Part shown: positions 1-9,826 of the stretch, piece by piece
Numbering within the stretch: the stretch's first letter is position 1
Layout: the number at the start of each line of letters is the position of its first letter
Virus record (IMG/VR): IMGVR_UViG_2636415959_000005
DNA length: 40,716 nt
Direction: 5' to 3' (one strand)
Source of the DNA: a virus
Lineage: Duplodnaviria > Heunggongvirae > Uroviricota > Caudoviricetes
Made by a program: the position numbers and the translations under genes
The notes under the pieces: model-generated
Told to the model about the DNA's origin: nothing
The model's database searches: none
What the model saw: only the letters and a program-made list of their open reading frames with translations

Positions 1-477
1 ATGAAACTCATCAGTAATGATCTGCGCGATGGCGATAAGTTGCCGCATCGTCATGTCTTTAACGGCATGGGTTACGATGGCGATAATATTTCACCGCATC
101 TGGCGTGGGATGATGTTCCTGCGGGAACGAAAAGTTTTGTTGTCACCTGCTACGACCCGGATGCGCCAACCGGCTCCGGCTGGTGGCACTGGGTAGTTGT
201 TAATTTACCCGCTGATACCCGCGTATTACCGCAAGGGTTTGGCTCTGGTCTGGTAGCAATGCCAGACGGCGTTTTGCAGACGCGTACCGATTTTGGTAAA
301 ACCGGATACGATGGCGCAGCGCCGCCGAAAGGCGAAACCCATCGCTACATTTTTACCGTTCACGCGCTGGATGTAGAGCGTATTGATGTCGATGAAGGAG
401 CCAGCGGCGCGATGGTCGGGTTTAACGTTCATTTCCACTCTCTGGCAAGCGCCTCGATTACTGCGATGTTTAGTTAA
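1..477 (+). CDS. ybhB: PEBP/UPF0098-family kinase-inhibitor-like protein YbhB (host gene)
   Basis: Full 158-aa ORF; translation matches E. coli YbhB as I recall it; lies immediately outside the att core. Confidence 0.9.
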   Translation: MKLISNDLRDGDKLPHRHVFNGMGYDGDNISPHLAWDDVPAGTKSFVVTCYDPDAPTGSGWWHWVVVNLPADTRVLPQGFGSGLVAMPDGVLQTRTDFGKTGYDGAAPPKGETHRYIFTVHALDVERIDVDEGASGAMVGFNVHFHSLASASITAMFS

Positions 478-567
478 TCACTCTGCCAGATGGCGCAATG
501 CCATCTGGTATCACTTAAAGGTATTAAAAACAACTTTTTGTCTTTTTACCTTCCCGTTTCGCTCAAG

Positions 568-582
568 TTAGTATAAAAAAGC
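568..582. repeat. attR core (15-bp lambda att common core, reverse orientation: ttagtataaaaaagc)
   Basis: Reverse complement is GCTTTTTTATACTAA; flanked on the left by host B' arm (cgctcaag) and on the right by lambda-like P-arm sequence. Confidence 0.9.
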
Positions 583-740
583 TGAACGCGAAACATTAAA
601 AAACATTAATATCAATGTGTTACAATATCTTTAGTCTAAAAAATAGACTACATGATGCTACAAAACACAACATATCCAGTCACTATGAATCAACTACTTA
701 GATAGTATTAGTGACCTGAGACAGAGCATTAGCGCAAGGT
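583..740. other. lambda attP P-arm region (arm-type Int/IHF/Xis binding region of attR)
   Basis: Sequence recalls the lambda P arm (…cagtcactatgaatcaactacttagatagtattagtgacctg…); recognised from memory, not aligned. Confidence 0.65.
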
Positions 741-778
741 GATTTTTGTCCTCTTGCGCTAATTTTTTGTCAACGCAC
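741..778 (+). terminator. sib/tI-like hairpin with T-tract (retroregulation element for int, separated from int in the prophage state)
   Basis: Stem gcgcaag…cttgcgc followed by taattttttg; sits in the P arm on the strand of int transcription, as in lambda. Confidence 0.5.
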
Positions 779-1022
779 TGGGTTAGTTGAATTTACAACC
801 ATGCTCAGTATCTCGATAAGCGCAGAGAAATGATGCAGTGGTGGGCGGACTGGCTTGATGAAAAGGTAGAGTGAGCGACCTTAAACTATCGAATAGAACA
901 AAGTCTTGCAATCCAGTGCAAAGCTTTGTGTGTCTCCGTTTTGTTTCATCAGTTACACATAACTATATGATCATTAGCTAAAAGTCAGTATACTTGGAGA
1001 AATTTTAATTGCGTAATAGAGC

Positions 1023-2195
1023 ATGCATATGATTGAAATTAACAGTTTATTATTAATAACATCCGTGATATTGATGTCGTTATTAGCTGTGGGGTTATTT
1101 GATAAAATTTCCCCAATAAATCTTGTTGAGCACGGCAGGAATAATCAAATAGATGGAATGCGGGGGTTCTTAGCAATTTTCGTGCTTATTCATCACGCAG
1201 CAATTTGGAATGGATACTTGTCATCTGGAGTATGGGAAGCACCTTCATCAAATCTGTTAGCAAATTTAGGCCAAGTTGGTGTGTCATTCTTTTTTATGAT
1301 TACTGGTTATCTGTTCTTTTCAAAGATTATCTCTGGAGATCAGGACTGGACAAGGCTTTATGTATCAAGATTACTACGATTAACCCCAATGTTCATAGTT
1401 AGCCTATGTCTCATTTTTATCATTGTAGGTTTTAAGTCTGGATGGAGAATGCAGGTATCCACAGAAGAGCTTTTTGTGTCAATAATGAAGTGGTTGCCAT
1501 TCACTGCGCTAGGTATGCCGAACATTAATGACGTAAAAGATTCATTTACTATCAATGCCGCTGTAACATGGACACTTGTATATGAATGGTTCTTTTATTT
1601 TTCTCTTCCGGTAATTTCCGCGCTCATAAAAAGAAAAGTCAGTATTTACATGGTTATGATTAGCGCAATATCGCTATTTGTTTTCATTTTATTTTTCAGT
1701 AAAATACACATAGTATCATTTCTTTTTGGGCTCCTGGCATTTTTGCTAAATAAATCAAAGATAGTCAATGGAATTGCCAAAGCAAAAGTAACACCAATCA
1801 TAATAACTGCGATAATGATTTTTGAAATGACGTATTTCAAAACAACTTACGCACCGCTACCACTGATTCTTTGTGGAATAACATTTATCATTATCGCATC
1901 AGGTTGTGATTTGTATGGAATATTAAGATTAAATATAACCAGAAAGCTAGGAGAAACTACCTACAGCGTTTACCTTCTGCATGGGATATTCCTTTATTGC
2001 CTAATGACGTGGATTATTCCTAATAATTACACTGAAAATACATTTATCATACTGGTAAGCACAACTGCATTTCTTATTACGTTCACATCATGCCTAACTT
2101 TTAAATTAATAGAGACGCCATTCATCAAATTAACAAAACAAACCACAACTTTAGTAAAAGAATTAATACCCACATTAACAAACAACAATCAATAA
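1023..2195 (+). CDS. oac: O-antigen acetyltransferase, acyltransferase-3 family integral membrane protein (serotype-conversion moron)
   Basis: 390-aa polytopic hydrophobic ORF with the N-terminal motif (…NQIDGMRGFLAIFVLIHH…) typical of this family; visibly AT-rich. Exact start (1023 or 1029) uncertain. Confidence 0.75.
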   Translation: MHMIEINSLLLITSVILMSLLAVGLFDKISPINLVEHGRNNQIDGMRGFLAIFVLIHHAAIWNGYLSSGVWEAPSSNLLANLGQVGVSFFFMITGYLFFSKIISGDQDWTRLYVSRLLRLTPMFIVSLCLIFIIVGFKSGWRMQVSTEELFVSIMKWLPFTALGMPNINDVKDSFTINAAVTWTLVYEWFFYFSLPVISALIKRKVSIYMVMISAISLFVFILFFSKIHIVSFLFGLLAFLLNKSKIVNGIAKAKVTPIIITAIMIFEMTYFKTTYAPLPLILCGITFIIIASGCDLYGILRLNITRKLGETTYSVYLLHGIFLYCLMTWIIPNNYTENTFIILVSTTAFLITFTSCLTFKLIETPFIKLTKQTTTLVKELIPTLTNNNQ

Positions 2196-2208
2196 ACAAT
2201 AAACATAA

Positions 2209-2240
2209 GCCGCCCTACATATATGTCCCAATAGGGCGGC
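2209..2240. terminator. Bidirectional hairpin between convergent oac and tailspike genes
   Basis: Inverted repeat gccgcccta…tagggcggc with a 14-nt loop; T/A-rich flanks on both sides. Confidence 0.5.
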
Positions 2241-2248
2241 GAATGTAT

Positions 2249-3960
2249 TTATAGTAGTCTGGTAATGCTAAATGCAAACGAACTGGAGATTCCTGCTCCG
2301 CTAAGCGTATTGCGCAGGGTCACCCTAAATGTATCTACGCCAATATAAGTAACATCACAACTAACTGAATCAGGCGCAGATATAGGTGTTATCTGAACCA
2401 CATAACCATTAGTAGCTGCTGCGAGCGGATGAGAAAACGTTACATCATACACACCAGTAGCTACCACGCTTACTGAGGACACACCTGGAGCCACATCAAT
2501 GCTGCCATTCGAGTTAATCCTTCCAGAACGAGTAATACTTCCAGCAGAGACAGAAGTAGCCTTGCTGGTTTGCTCCATGAAAGTACAGCCAATATCAATT
2601 ACTTCGCAGTTAGAGCCTGTAACCCAATACGGTCGCGAGGCGCTTGGGACGTAAGAACCTACGCTCTTGAATGTCGTACCATTGAGAATTACAGTTACTT
2701 TTCCACCGCCAGAGCTTGTAATATTTAAGTTGTTTATGGTGTACATCGTACTGCTAACACGATGGAAGTTGCCGCCGTTAATAATTACGGTGACGGGGCG
2801 CGTTCCCGTGTTATCAATGCCAAGGTCAGAACCACCAGCGTTAGCCTCAAAATATGGGTTATTAAGTACCAAAGCACATGACCCATTAAGACCGTTCACG
2901 GCAATCTGCATACCGCCAGTGCCAGTATTACCTTGCGTGCCGTTACCCTCACAGGTAAGGCTATTGATGGTAGTCCCTGCGCCCCATCTGTCACCAAGTA
3001 TACCCCATTGTGTATTCTGGCTTGCGGTTAATCTGTTGACAGTAATTGCATTAAGTTCTGAAAAATCATCAGAATTAAGCACTCGCCACCCAATACGATT
3101 TGCCTGCAGGTACACATTATCCAATTCAGAAGTCAATACAGCGTCTGTTCGTAAACCTTCGCCGTTGGTATGTCCGTAAGATACTATATTCTCTAACTTG
3201 GCATATGCTTTCTTGGTTACGAGAAGACCGTAAGACGTTGCTGAGCCTTTAAGCGTAATATTTCCGAGATAATCATACGCATGTACTCGCTGTGTGCCAC
3301 CAACTGTATCACCGAGCATCTTTAAGTTGAAATCCGAGGCATGGCAGTTAAATATCGTTTCTGCCATATTTTCTCCGGAATAATGAGCACGGACTCCTGT
3401 CGAACCAATAAATTTAGCGTCATAGTTGCCGTAATCAAGAACGAGTGGTGACGCGATATCGTACACCCCTTGCTTTATTTTTAATGTTCCACCGAAAGGC
3501 CACGATGTAAGCGGGTCTTGATATATTTCATTTTTTATTGCAAATAGCTCCTCTTGGAGATTTTTGCCGCTATTAGTGCCAATGTGAGCAGCTCCTTCAT
3601 CTGATTGAAGTAACTGCTTTAACTGATCAGGATCGTACTTCAGCACATTCTGAAAATAGAACTGCTGCGAACCATACGCATCATATACAGCCATTGAATG
3701 GCCTTGCTCAGTTACAAATTTGGCAATCTGCCCGTTGTACACAGGATATCCGGCAGCATTGATAACAATTGGCTGAGAAACAGGGACGTGAGATCCGTCT
3801 TCATTCTCTACATAAACCTGAATCTGGTTTTCAGGATTTACCGGGTCAGTGTCAATTTTTCCGATATAAATTTTGCCATTGGCTACGGCTTTAAAAGAAC
3901 GCGCCATAGTGAAGAGTTGCGAAGGCATGCTTACCACAATATTTGCGGTGATATCTGACA
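2249..3960 (-). CDS. Tailspike protein (P22 gp9-like N-terminal head-binding domain, distinct receptor-binding domain)
   Basis: N-terminus [13 protein letters not shown]…[13 protein letters not shown]…LKYDPDQ matches the P22 tailspike head-binding domain; start set at MSDITAN (track ORF runs to 4009). Confidence 0.85.
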
Positions 3961-4082
3961 TTTCATTGCTCCAGACGAATGATATGATGCAACCATGATG
4001 TGATTGCATACCGAAATGGTACTATTGAGTATTTATCCAGTAAGTTACGATGCCATTCCACCCAACTGGTGAGGCATCAAGG

Positions 4083-4343
4083 ATGTACAGCAAATACGAC
4101 GAGGCGCAGTTTCACTTGAGACTTCCGCATGAACTCCACGCGAAAATTAAACAGCGCGCGAAGATGAATAACAGGTCGCTGAACTCAGAGATAATTGCAG
4201 CGATTGAAGAATCATTGGCTAAACAAAGCTCTGCATCAGTTTACATTGACGATGCAGAGCGTATGGCAGAACAACAATCCGATATGGTTAAGAAAATTGT
4301 CTTTGATACGCTCAAAGAGCTATATAAAAAAGACAGCAGCTAA
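4083..4343 (+). CDS. mnt: Mnt-like ribbon-helix-helix repressor (P22 immI-type), orphan
   Basis: Aligns with P22 Mnt as I recall it (…NNRSLNSEIIAAIEESLAK…DAERMAEQQSDMVKKIVFDTLKELYKKDSS); start set at MYSKYDE. Confidence 0.8.
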   Translation: MYSKYDEAQFHLRLPHELHAKIKQRAKMNNRSLNSEIIAAIEESLAKQSSASVYIDDAERMAEQQSDMVKKIVFDTLKELYKKDSS

Positions 4344-4363
4344 CTATCAGTTACGGAGGATTT

Positions 4364-4441
4364 ATGCAAAGAGATATGCTGAATATTGCGTTCTACATAT
4401 TTGGTTTTTGCACGTTCCTGGTGTTTGCGAAGCTATTCTGA
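4364..4441 (+). CDS. Possible 25-aa hydrophobic peptide (MQRDMLNIAFYIFGFCTFLVFAKLF) downstream of mnt
   Basis: ggagga Shine-Dalgarno 4 nt before the ATG; single predicted transmembrane helix; overlaps the 3' end of the gp16-like gene on the other strand. Too short to support by homology. Confidence 0.25.
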   Translation: MQRDMLNIAFYIFGFCTFLVFAKLF

Positions 4442-6430
4442 CAACGCATCAGACTTGGCACCTTGAGTCAGGGCGTTAATGGCCTTTTGCGCCTGCTGCA
4501 TGGCTTTCTCAAACGCTGTTGATCCGCGCGGGGTGTTTGCCATTCGGAGCATTGCATTTCTGAATGGCTCGCTCTCATAGGCGCGAGTAAGAAGTCCGTA
4601 GCTTACTGCTGCGCCAGTTGTCGCCGGGTTCATTGCCGTCCCATACCCAATAATGAACGGGATAGTTTGCTGCCCTGTGGGTGTTGTTACTGCCGCTTTT
4701 GCAGCCTGCTGCGTGGATTGCAGGTAGTTTTTTAATCCCTTCAGATAAGCAGCGTCCTGCCCCTTAAATGTGATGCCAGTCTGGTTTTGCAGGATGTTAA
4801 GCTGCCGAAGGAACTGGTCAGGGGATCCGCCAGATTTCTCCATCGCCTTTCCAATGATGCCATTGCGCATTTGCGCCCTGCCAACACGACCAACTGAGTT
4901 ATACAGCGTCTTAATTTCAGATTTGTTCTTGCTGAATAGCATGTTGTTGACAACTTCCGGCGTCAGATCGCCTTTCATGAGAACATTCTTCAGCCTGGTA
5001 TTCTTTAGTTTCGCTGCTTCGTCAGCGTAGACGGCATTGGCCTGCTGATATTTACGGAGAGTATCGTTGCCAAGATTCTGACCAATGGCACCATTGATAT
5101 CGTCGGTCATTGCCTTGTAAACGCGCTGAATGGCAGCATCGGAACGGTTTGGTAACACTGGTCGCTCACCCTTCACGTCCATTCTGAACTGGCTGCGCAG
5201 ATCGCTTAATTGCTTCAAATCCAGATTAACCGGACCATCAGGGCCAGCATTGCGAACAAGCTCATCACGATATGACTGAAGTTTTGAAATTGTCTCGTTA
5301 TCAGCTACCTTACCAAGCTTCTGCAGATTAGATATTTCTGTATCAATCTGCTGAATTGCTCGCGCAGGCTGAATGTTTACTCCAGCCATAGCATTCTGAA
5401 CCTGCTCCAGTCGATTACCGGCGGCACGACGAATTCCTGATGTTTTCGCTTTAAGACTGTCAATAACAACAGATGGATCATACTCACCGAATTTATCAGC
5501 AAATCTCTGCACCAACTGGCTTCTCGCTTCCTGTTGCGTTGCTCTCATTCCGCTTGTGCCAGCCAGGGGGATATTTTCTGCTGTAGTCTGCGCCATTTTT
5601 CCGACGCGGGAAGTGGGTTGTAACAGGTCTGTGGTGTGCAGAGGAACTCCTTCACGCTCTGCAAATCTGATAGCCTGCTGCGCTTCTGGCGCGATAGCAC
5701 CACGAACGCCACGATAAGCAGCACCTAATCCACGTCCGGCAGCGTTAATAGCACCGCCAGCAAGTACACCAACGCCTAAATCGGTGGCGAGTGCTTCCGC
5801 ATCATCTTTCGCACTATTTGCAGCAAGTGATCCAACTGCGTTTTCTGCTAGAAGGCGGGTTGCCCCCTGAGCAATTCGACCAGCAAGTGTTGGTGCCTGT
5901 GCTGCCGCTCTCTCAACGCCAGCAGGAGTGAGGTAAGGCAATGCTTCAGCAAATACCCTTCCCTCTGTCGTTTGTGGAGTCAGCGCACCTTGCTGAAGGC
6001 CAAAGTCCTGCTCTAATCCCTGCGTTGTTACTCGTGGTGCTGGTTGATATGTTCCATCGCCAATACCGAGTTTACCTCCGGCCCAAGCCGCCGCGCTTGT
6101 TACAGCATCGGCAACTGATGCAGGTATGTTTGCCACGTTCACGCCAGCCTGCACCAGTCCGCGACCAGTTTCTTTCACGGCTTCACCAAGATCAGACATA
6201 AATCCACTTTGCTGTGGTTGTTGCTGTGATACTGGTTGTTGTGTCTCCACTGGCTGCACAGATGGCAATGGATAGGCAGCATAGAAAGCTTGCTTAGCCT
6301 GCTCTGCATTTTCTCCGGCTTGCGGGGCAACGACTTCATTGAAGTATTGCTCCTGAGCCTGCGCTTTTTGTTCTGGTGCTAACGCCTGATACTGTGGAGA
6401 GGCGATAACATCTTTCCATGCTTTAGCCAT
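4433..6430 (-). CDS. Ejection/DNA-transfer protein (P22 gp16-like)
   Basis: 665-aa ORF in the conserved position and order of the P22 ejection proteins; Ala/Gly/Gln-rich. Confidence 0.7.
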   Translation of the reverse strand: MAKAWKDVIASPQYQALAPEQKAQAQEQYFNEVVAPQAGENAEQAKQAFYAAYPLPSVQPVETQQPVSQQQPQQSGFMSDLGEAVKETGRGLVQAGVNVANIPASVADAVTSAAAWAGGKLGIGDGTYQPAPRVTTQGLEQDFGLQQGALTPQTTEGRVFAEALPYLTPAGVERAAAQAPTLAGRIAQGATRLLAENAVGSLAANSAKDDAEALATDLGVGVLAGGAINAAGRGLGAAYRGVRGAIAPEAQQAIRFAEREGVPLHTTDLLQPTSRVGKMAQTTAENIPLAGTSGMRATQQEARSQLVQRFADKFGEYDPSVVIDSLKAKTSGIRRAAGNRLEQVQNAMAGVNIQPARAIQQIDTEISNLQKLGKVADNETISKLQSYRDELVRNAGPDGPVNLDLKQLSDLRSQFRMDVKGERPVLPNRSDAAIQRVYKAMTDDINGAIGQNLGNDTLRKYQQANAVYADEAAKLKNTRLKNVLMKGDLTPEVVNNMLFSKNKSEIKTLYNSVGRVGRAQMRNGIIGKAMEKSGGSPDQFLRQLNILQNQTGITFKGQDAAYLKGLKNYLQSTQQAAKAAVTTPTGQQTIPFIIGYGTAMNPATTGAAVSYGLLTRAYESEPFRNAMLRMANTPRGSTAFEKAMQQAQKAINALTQGAKSDALSE

Positions 6431-7818
6431 TAATCACCCCATAGTGAAGAAAAATTACTGCTGGCTGCTGGCTGTGATACCTGTGCAGGTTGAGATTGCT
6501 GCCGCTGAGATTTACCAACATTAACGTTATATTGTTGGTTGTAATTGTTGGTGTATTCCTGAATCTCACGAATCGACTGCTGCATAGCCTCCGGGCTTGA
6601 ATAGTCAACCTGCGGCATCCCCTGAAAATACATCTTCGCTTCTGCAACGGTGTTAATACCACTGGCACCCATGTCCCTTGCTGCCGCCACACCCTGATTC
6701 TGCATTCTGCCCTGAATACGTTGTGCTGAGTTATATAACTGGCGCTGCTCTTTTCCTGTTAATCGGCTGCGAACATCAGCACCAATTGCCGGGTTACCTG
6801 CGCCGCCGGTCATTCCTGTCATGAAATCGAGAGCAGAAGCGTCTGCATTTGCGATCGCGTCGATATCCTTCTTCATGGCATAGTTTTGTGCTGATGCAGA
6901 CGATGTTGCAGGCGCTGCGATTGAACTGGCAGGAACGCGAACCATATTCCCCTCGTTGTCGATACCTTCGTAGAACGCATTTGCCCCAGCGCCGTGAAGT
7001 TTCCCGCCAACCGTTACAGTTCTGCCATCTGATAACTGAACTGTACGCTCATCATTCCCAGCGGTTCCTCTTGTTGACGCTCGCTGCATTGCCAAATCCT
7101 GCCCGCGTCGCGCAGTAGAAGCAGATAAATCCTGACCGCGCATCGTGATGTTCTGACCTCGTGCTGTTAGCGCCTCGCCAGCCTGATTGCTGCGGATTGT
7201 CTCTGCCAGCCTGCCTCGGTCAATTTCACGACCAGCCATCTTGTCCTGAACATTGAAGTAGTCAATAGGACCGAGAGCAGCCATCCCAAGGTGATCAACA
7301 AACTCACCAAATCCTGAAGGGTTCTGCTGATACATCTGAGCAACGCTGTTAGGGTCAACACCGACGCGAGTCAGTTCCTTGGCGTTGTTTTGCAGCCATG
7401 ATTGCATTGCTTCTGGAGACGAGGCCGCAAGGCGTGCGCCAGCCGCTAAGGTGCCGATAGAATTACGCTGGTCTTCATCAATGAATCCCATGCCTTTACG
7501 AACGGATTCAATCTGGTCTGGATATTGAGTAGCCAACTGACGCAAAGCACCGCGATCACCAGACGCATAAGCATTAGCGTACGCCTGCTGAAATTCTTTC
7601 TGCCGCTGAGCCTGCTTTTCCTGCTGAAACACCCCTGCAATACCTGAAAGGCCTTGCAAAGCAGTCAGCCCAACATTGTTAGCGCCTGAACGCTCAATAT
7701 CATTGTTCTGCCTGATAAGCTGAAGCGTATTGCCGATGTCATTTACGCTCGGAGCGTTTGAGTTGACGCCGCCGATACCAGCCAACAATCCGCCGTTTGT
7801 TCCTTGCCAAGTAGCCAT
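6430..7818 (-). CDS. Ejection/DNA-transfer protein (P22 gp20-like)
   Basis: 462-aa ORF; size and position match P22 gp20; overlapping start/stop with neighbours. Confidence 0.7.
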   Translation of the reverse strand: MATWQGTNGGLLAGIGGVNSNAPSVNDIGNTLQLIRQNNDIERSGANNVGLTALQGLSGIAGVFQQEKQAQRQKEFQQAYANAYASGDRGALRQLATQYPDQIESVRKGMGFIDEDQRNSIGTLAAGARLAASSPEAMQSWLQNNAKELTRVGVDPNSVAQMYQQNPSGFGEFVDHLGMAALGPIDYFNVQDKMAGREIDRGRLAETIRSNQAGEALTARGQNITMRGQDLSASTARRGQDLAMQRASTRGTAGNDERTVQLSDGRTVTVGGKLHGAGANAFYEGIDNEGNMVRVPASSIAAPATSSASAQNYAMKKDIDAIANADASALDFMTGMTGGAGNPAIGADVRSRLTGKEQRQLYNSAQRIQGRMQNQGVAAARDMGASGINTVAEAKMYFQGMPQVDYSSPEAMQQSIREIQEYTNNYNQQYNVNVGKSQRQQSQPAQVSQPAASSNFSSLWGD

Positions 7819-7827
7819 GATTACCCC

Positions 7828-8520
7828 TTAAAACAACGAGCCAAGCAATCCGATACCAGCACCAATGCCAGCGCCCCAAGGCGTTGATGTTTCCAAAAGG
7901 CTGGCAAGACCTGCACCGGCAATCGCACCAGACGTGCCGCCGCTAATTGCAGTCTGAAGACTTGATGGTTTATTGGCATTAGCAGCGGCAAGTGCTGCGC
8001 TTTGCTGTGCAATGCTGCTCATGTTGTTGGCGTACGTCTGCCCGGCGTTTGCCTGACCTTGCAGCGCACCAAGCCCAACGTTTGCCAGATTGTTGTAATT
8101 GCTCATCTGATTTGATAACCAAGACTGACCGAGTGTCGGCGCGATCGTAGCCAGTTGATTGCTTGTGGCTGTCGAACCAAGGCCACCAGTCGCCTCCGCA
8201 GCAGCAAGACTCTGGTAACGAGCCTGACCTGCAAGGTCTTTATACTGCTGAGAGTTGTAATACTGATTAAGTGCCTGCCCCTGACCTTCTAAACTGGAAA
8301 GATTCTGAAGCTGGTTAACATACTGCTCCGCAAGCGGCGTGAACGGAGCAAGGTTTTTCATGATCGTCTGCCACTGCTGATTTTGCAGGTCTGCGGCATA
8401 CTTCTGAGCTTCTGCTGCATACTTTGCGCTTTTATCAGAGCTGCCACCTTTCCCGCCTTTTTCAGGGCAATAAGGTTCCTCGCCACGCAGTTTTCTGCCT
8501 AGCTTAAATGCATATAACAT
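7828..8520 (-). CDS. Ejection/DNA-transfer protein (P22 gp7-like)
   Basis: 230-aa ORF with Gly/Ala-rich hydrophobic C-terminus; size and position match P22 gp7. Confidence 0.7.
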   Translation of the reverse strand: MLYAFKLGRKLRGEEPYCPEKGGKGGSSDKSAKYAAEAQKYAADLQNQQWQTIMKNLAPFTPLAEQYVNQLQNLSSLEGQGQALNQYYNSQQYKDLAGQARYQSLAAAEATGGLGSTATSNQLATIAPTLGQSWLSNQMSNYNNLANVGLGALQGQANAGQTYANNMSSIAQQSAALAAANANKPSSLQTAISGGTSGAIAGAGLASLLETSTPWGAGIGAGIGLLGSLF

Positions 8521-8522
8521 GG

Positions 8523-8981
8523 CTATCTCCTGTGATTCAGGAAGTCGATTAGTTCTTCGCGTGTGGCGCTGTAAAACGTCACGTCATCCACGCCTTTGAA
8601 GTATTTCTTGATGGTTCCTACACGCTTAAGGCCAATCATTGCGCAGTACATCTGCCCGTGGCGGAATTTGCGTGCAGCGAACGATGTGACGCACTGAACG
8701 GTGGTGTTAGTCAGAATGTATCGCCAGAACGCCAGCCCGATTTCCTTGCTGAAGCCGCGAATCTCTGGCAGGTACATGGCGTGGCAATCGAATGTCAGCG
8801 GCTGAATCTCCTGATAGTAAACAATGCCGCCGAACTGCCCGTGCACGTTCACCTCAAAGTAACGGCAATCAGGTTTGTAGTCGTATCCATCACCGTTGTT
8901 GCTCCCGGCGATAATGTCAGGGTGATTTCCTACTGCTTCGATCAGGTCGATGTTTCGCGTTGGTTTGAACTGAATCATCAC
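8523..8981 (-). CDS. Virion assembly/injection-associated protein (P22 gp14-like position)
   Basis: 152-aa ORF between the tail needle and ejection genes; assigned by synteny only. Confidence 0.5.
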   Translation of the reverse strand: MMIQFKPTRNIDLIEAVGNHPDIIAGSNNGDGYDYKPDCRYFEVNVHGQFGGIVYYQEIQPLTFDCHAMYLPEIRGFSKEIGLAFWRYILTNTTVQCVTSFAARKFRHGQMYCAMIGLKRVGTIKKYFKGVDDVTFYSATREELIDFLNHRR

Positions 8982-9826
8982 TGCTCCGCAATGATTTTGA
9001 TGGTTGTGGCAGTAAACGCCGCCCCATTTGACTGAATGGTTAACGTACTGCCATTTGTGGCAAGAAAGCCGTCTTTATCCACGCTGAAGAACGTAGCTAA
9101 CAGGATGTTGTCGGTTGTTGTCGCCGAGTTGCGACTGCTTACCAGTGTGTCAGGAACAGAACCGGAAAATGTTAGCTGCATTGACCTGTTGGCGGTTCCG
9201 CTGGGCCACGTCCCGACAATCGACAGCTTGAAGAACAAGGTTTTGTTCTCGTTGAACACAACCATCTTGTTGTTAACAGTGTCGAAGAATGGTGCCAACG
9301 TCCCGGATGACGGCGTGAGCGTTTTCAGCAGGCTAACAAGGTTGGTCGGCGCTGTCGGGATGGTTACTGATACGCCAGAGTAAACAACCTCTGACTTCTT
9401 GCGTTTGGTTGCATACTCCAGAGCATCAATGCGCGTTTCATGGTCTGAAACCTGCGACTCCAGCGACTGAACTCTGGTATCAAGCGACGCAATATCGCTT
9501 TCATTCTGAGCGATTCGCGTTTCATGGTCCTGAAGAGTTGATTCTGCCTGGCTGATTCGCTCCTCATGATTAACAAGCGTTGCTTCCGCAGCAGAAATTC
9601 GCTGCTCATGGTCAGCGAGAATCACATCCTGCTCATCGTTCCTGACTTGTGCGTCATAAGCGCCCTGTCCGGCCTCGTTGGCCTTGTTAGCCACGTTACC
9701 AACATCAGTGCCCTGTGCGATAACGTAAAGCAGATACGACTGCGAGAAGATATTGCGTGGAAGGACTGATGTGTCGAGCCGTGTAGCCTGAATGATTACC
9801 GGCACATTGAGATTCGAATCCGCCAT
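8978..9826 (-). CDS. Tail needle protein (P22 gp26-like coiled coil with C-terminal knob, Sf6-type)
   Basis: N-terminus and heptad-like repeats (…[38 protein letters not shown]…) followed by an extra globular C-terminal domain; 282 aa. Confidence 0.8.
   Translation of the reverse strand: MADSNLNVPVIIQATRLDTSVLPRNIFSQSYLLYVIAQGTDVGNVANKANEAGQGAYDAQVRNDEQDVILADHEQRISAAEATLVNHEERISQAESTLQDHETRIAQNESDIASLDTRVQSLESQVSDHETRIDALEYATKRKKSEVVYSGVSVTIPTAPTNLVSLLKTLTPSSGTLAPFFDTVNNKMVVFNENKTLFFKLSIVGTWPSGTANRSMQLTFSGSVPDTLVSSRNSATTTDNILLATFFSVDKDGFLATNGSTLTIQSNGAAFTATTIKIIAEQ

Noticed and set aside
226-571. ORFs 226..438 (minus) and 383..571 (plus) overlapping ybhB and the att core
   Set aside because: One is antisense to the conserved host gene ybhB; the other runs through the ybhB stop and the att core. 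Neither has start context.
2667-3179. 170-aa plus-strand ORF inside the tailspike gene
   Set aside because: Entirely antisense to a gene with strong N-terminal homology support; Pro/Leu/Val-rich composition typical of an out-of-frame reading.
4010-4440. arc, ant and sieA genes of a P22-type immI region
   Set aside because: Only 74 bp separate mnt from the tailspike start and 90 bp separate it from the gp16-like stop; there is no room for arc/ant/sieA, so mnt is treated as an orphan.
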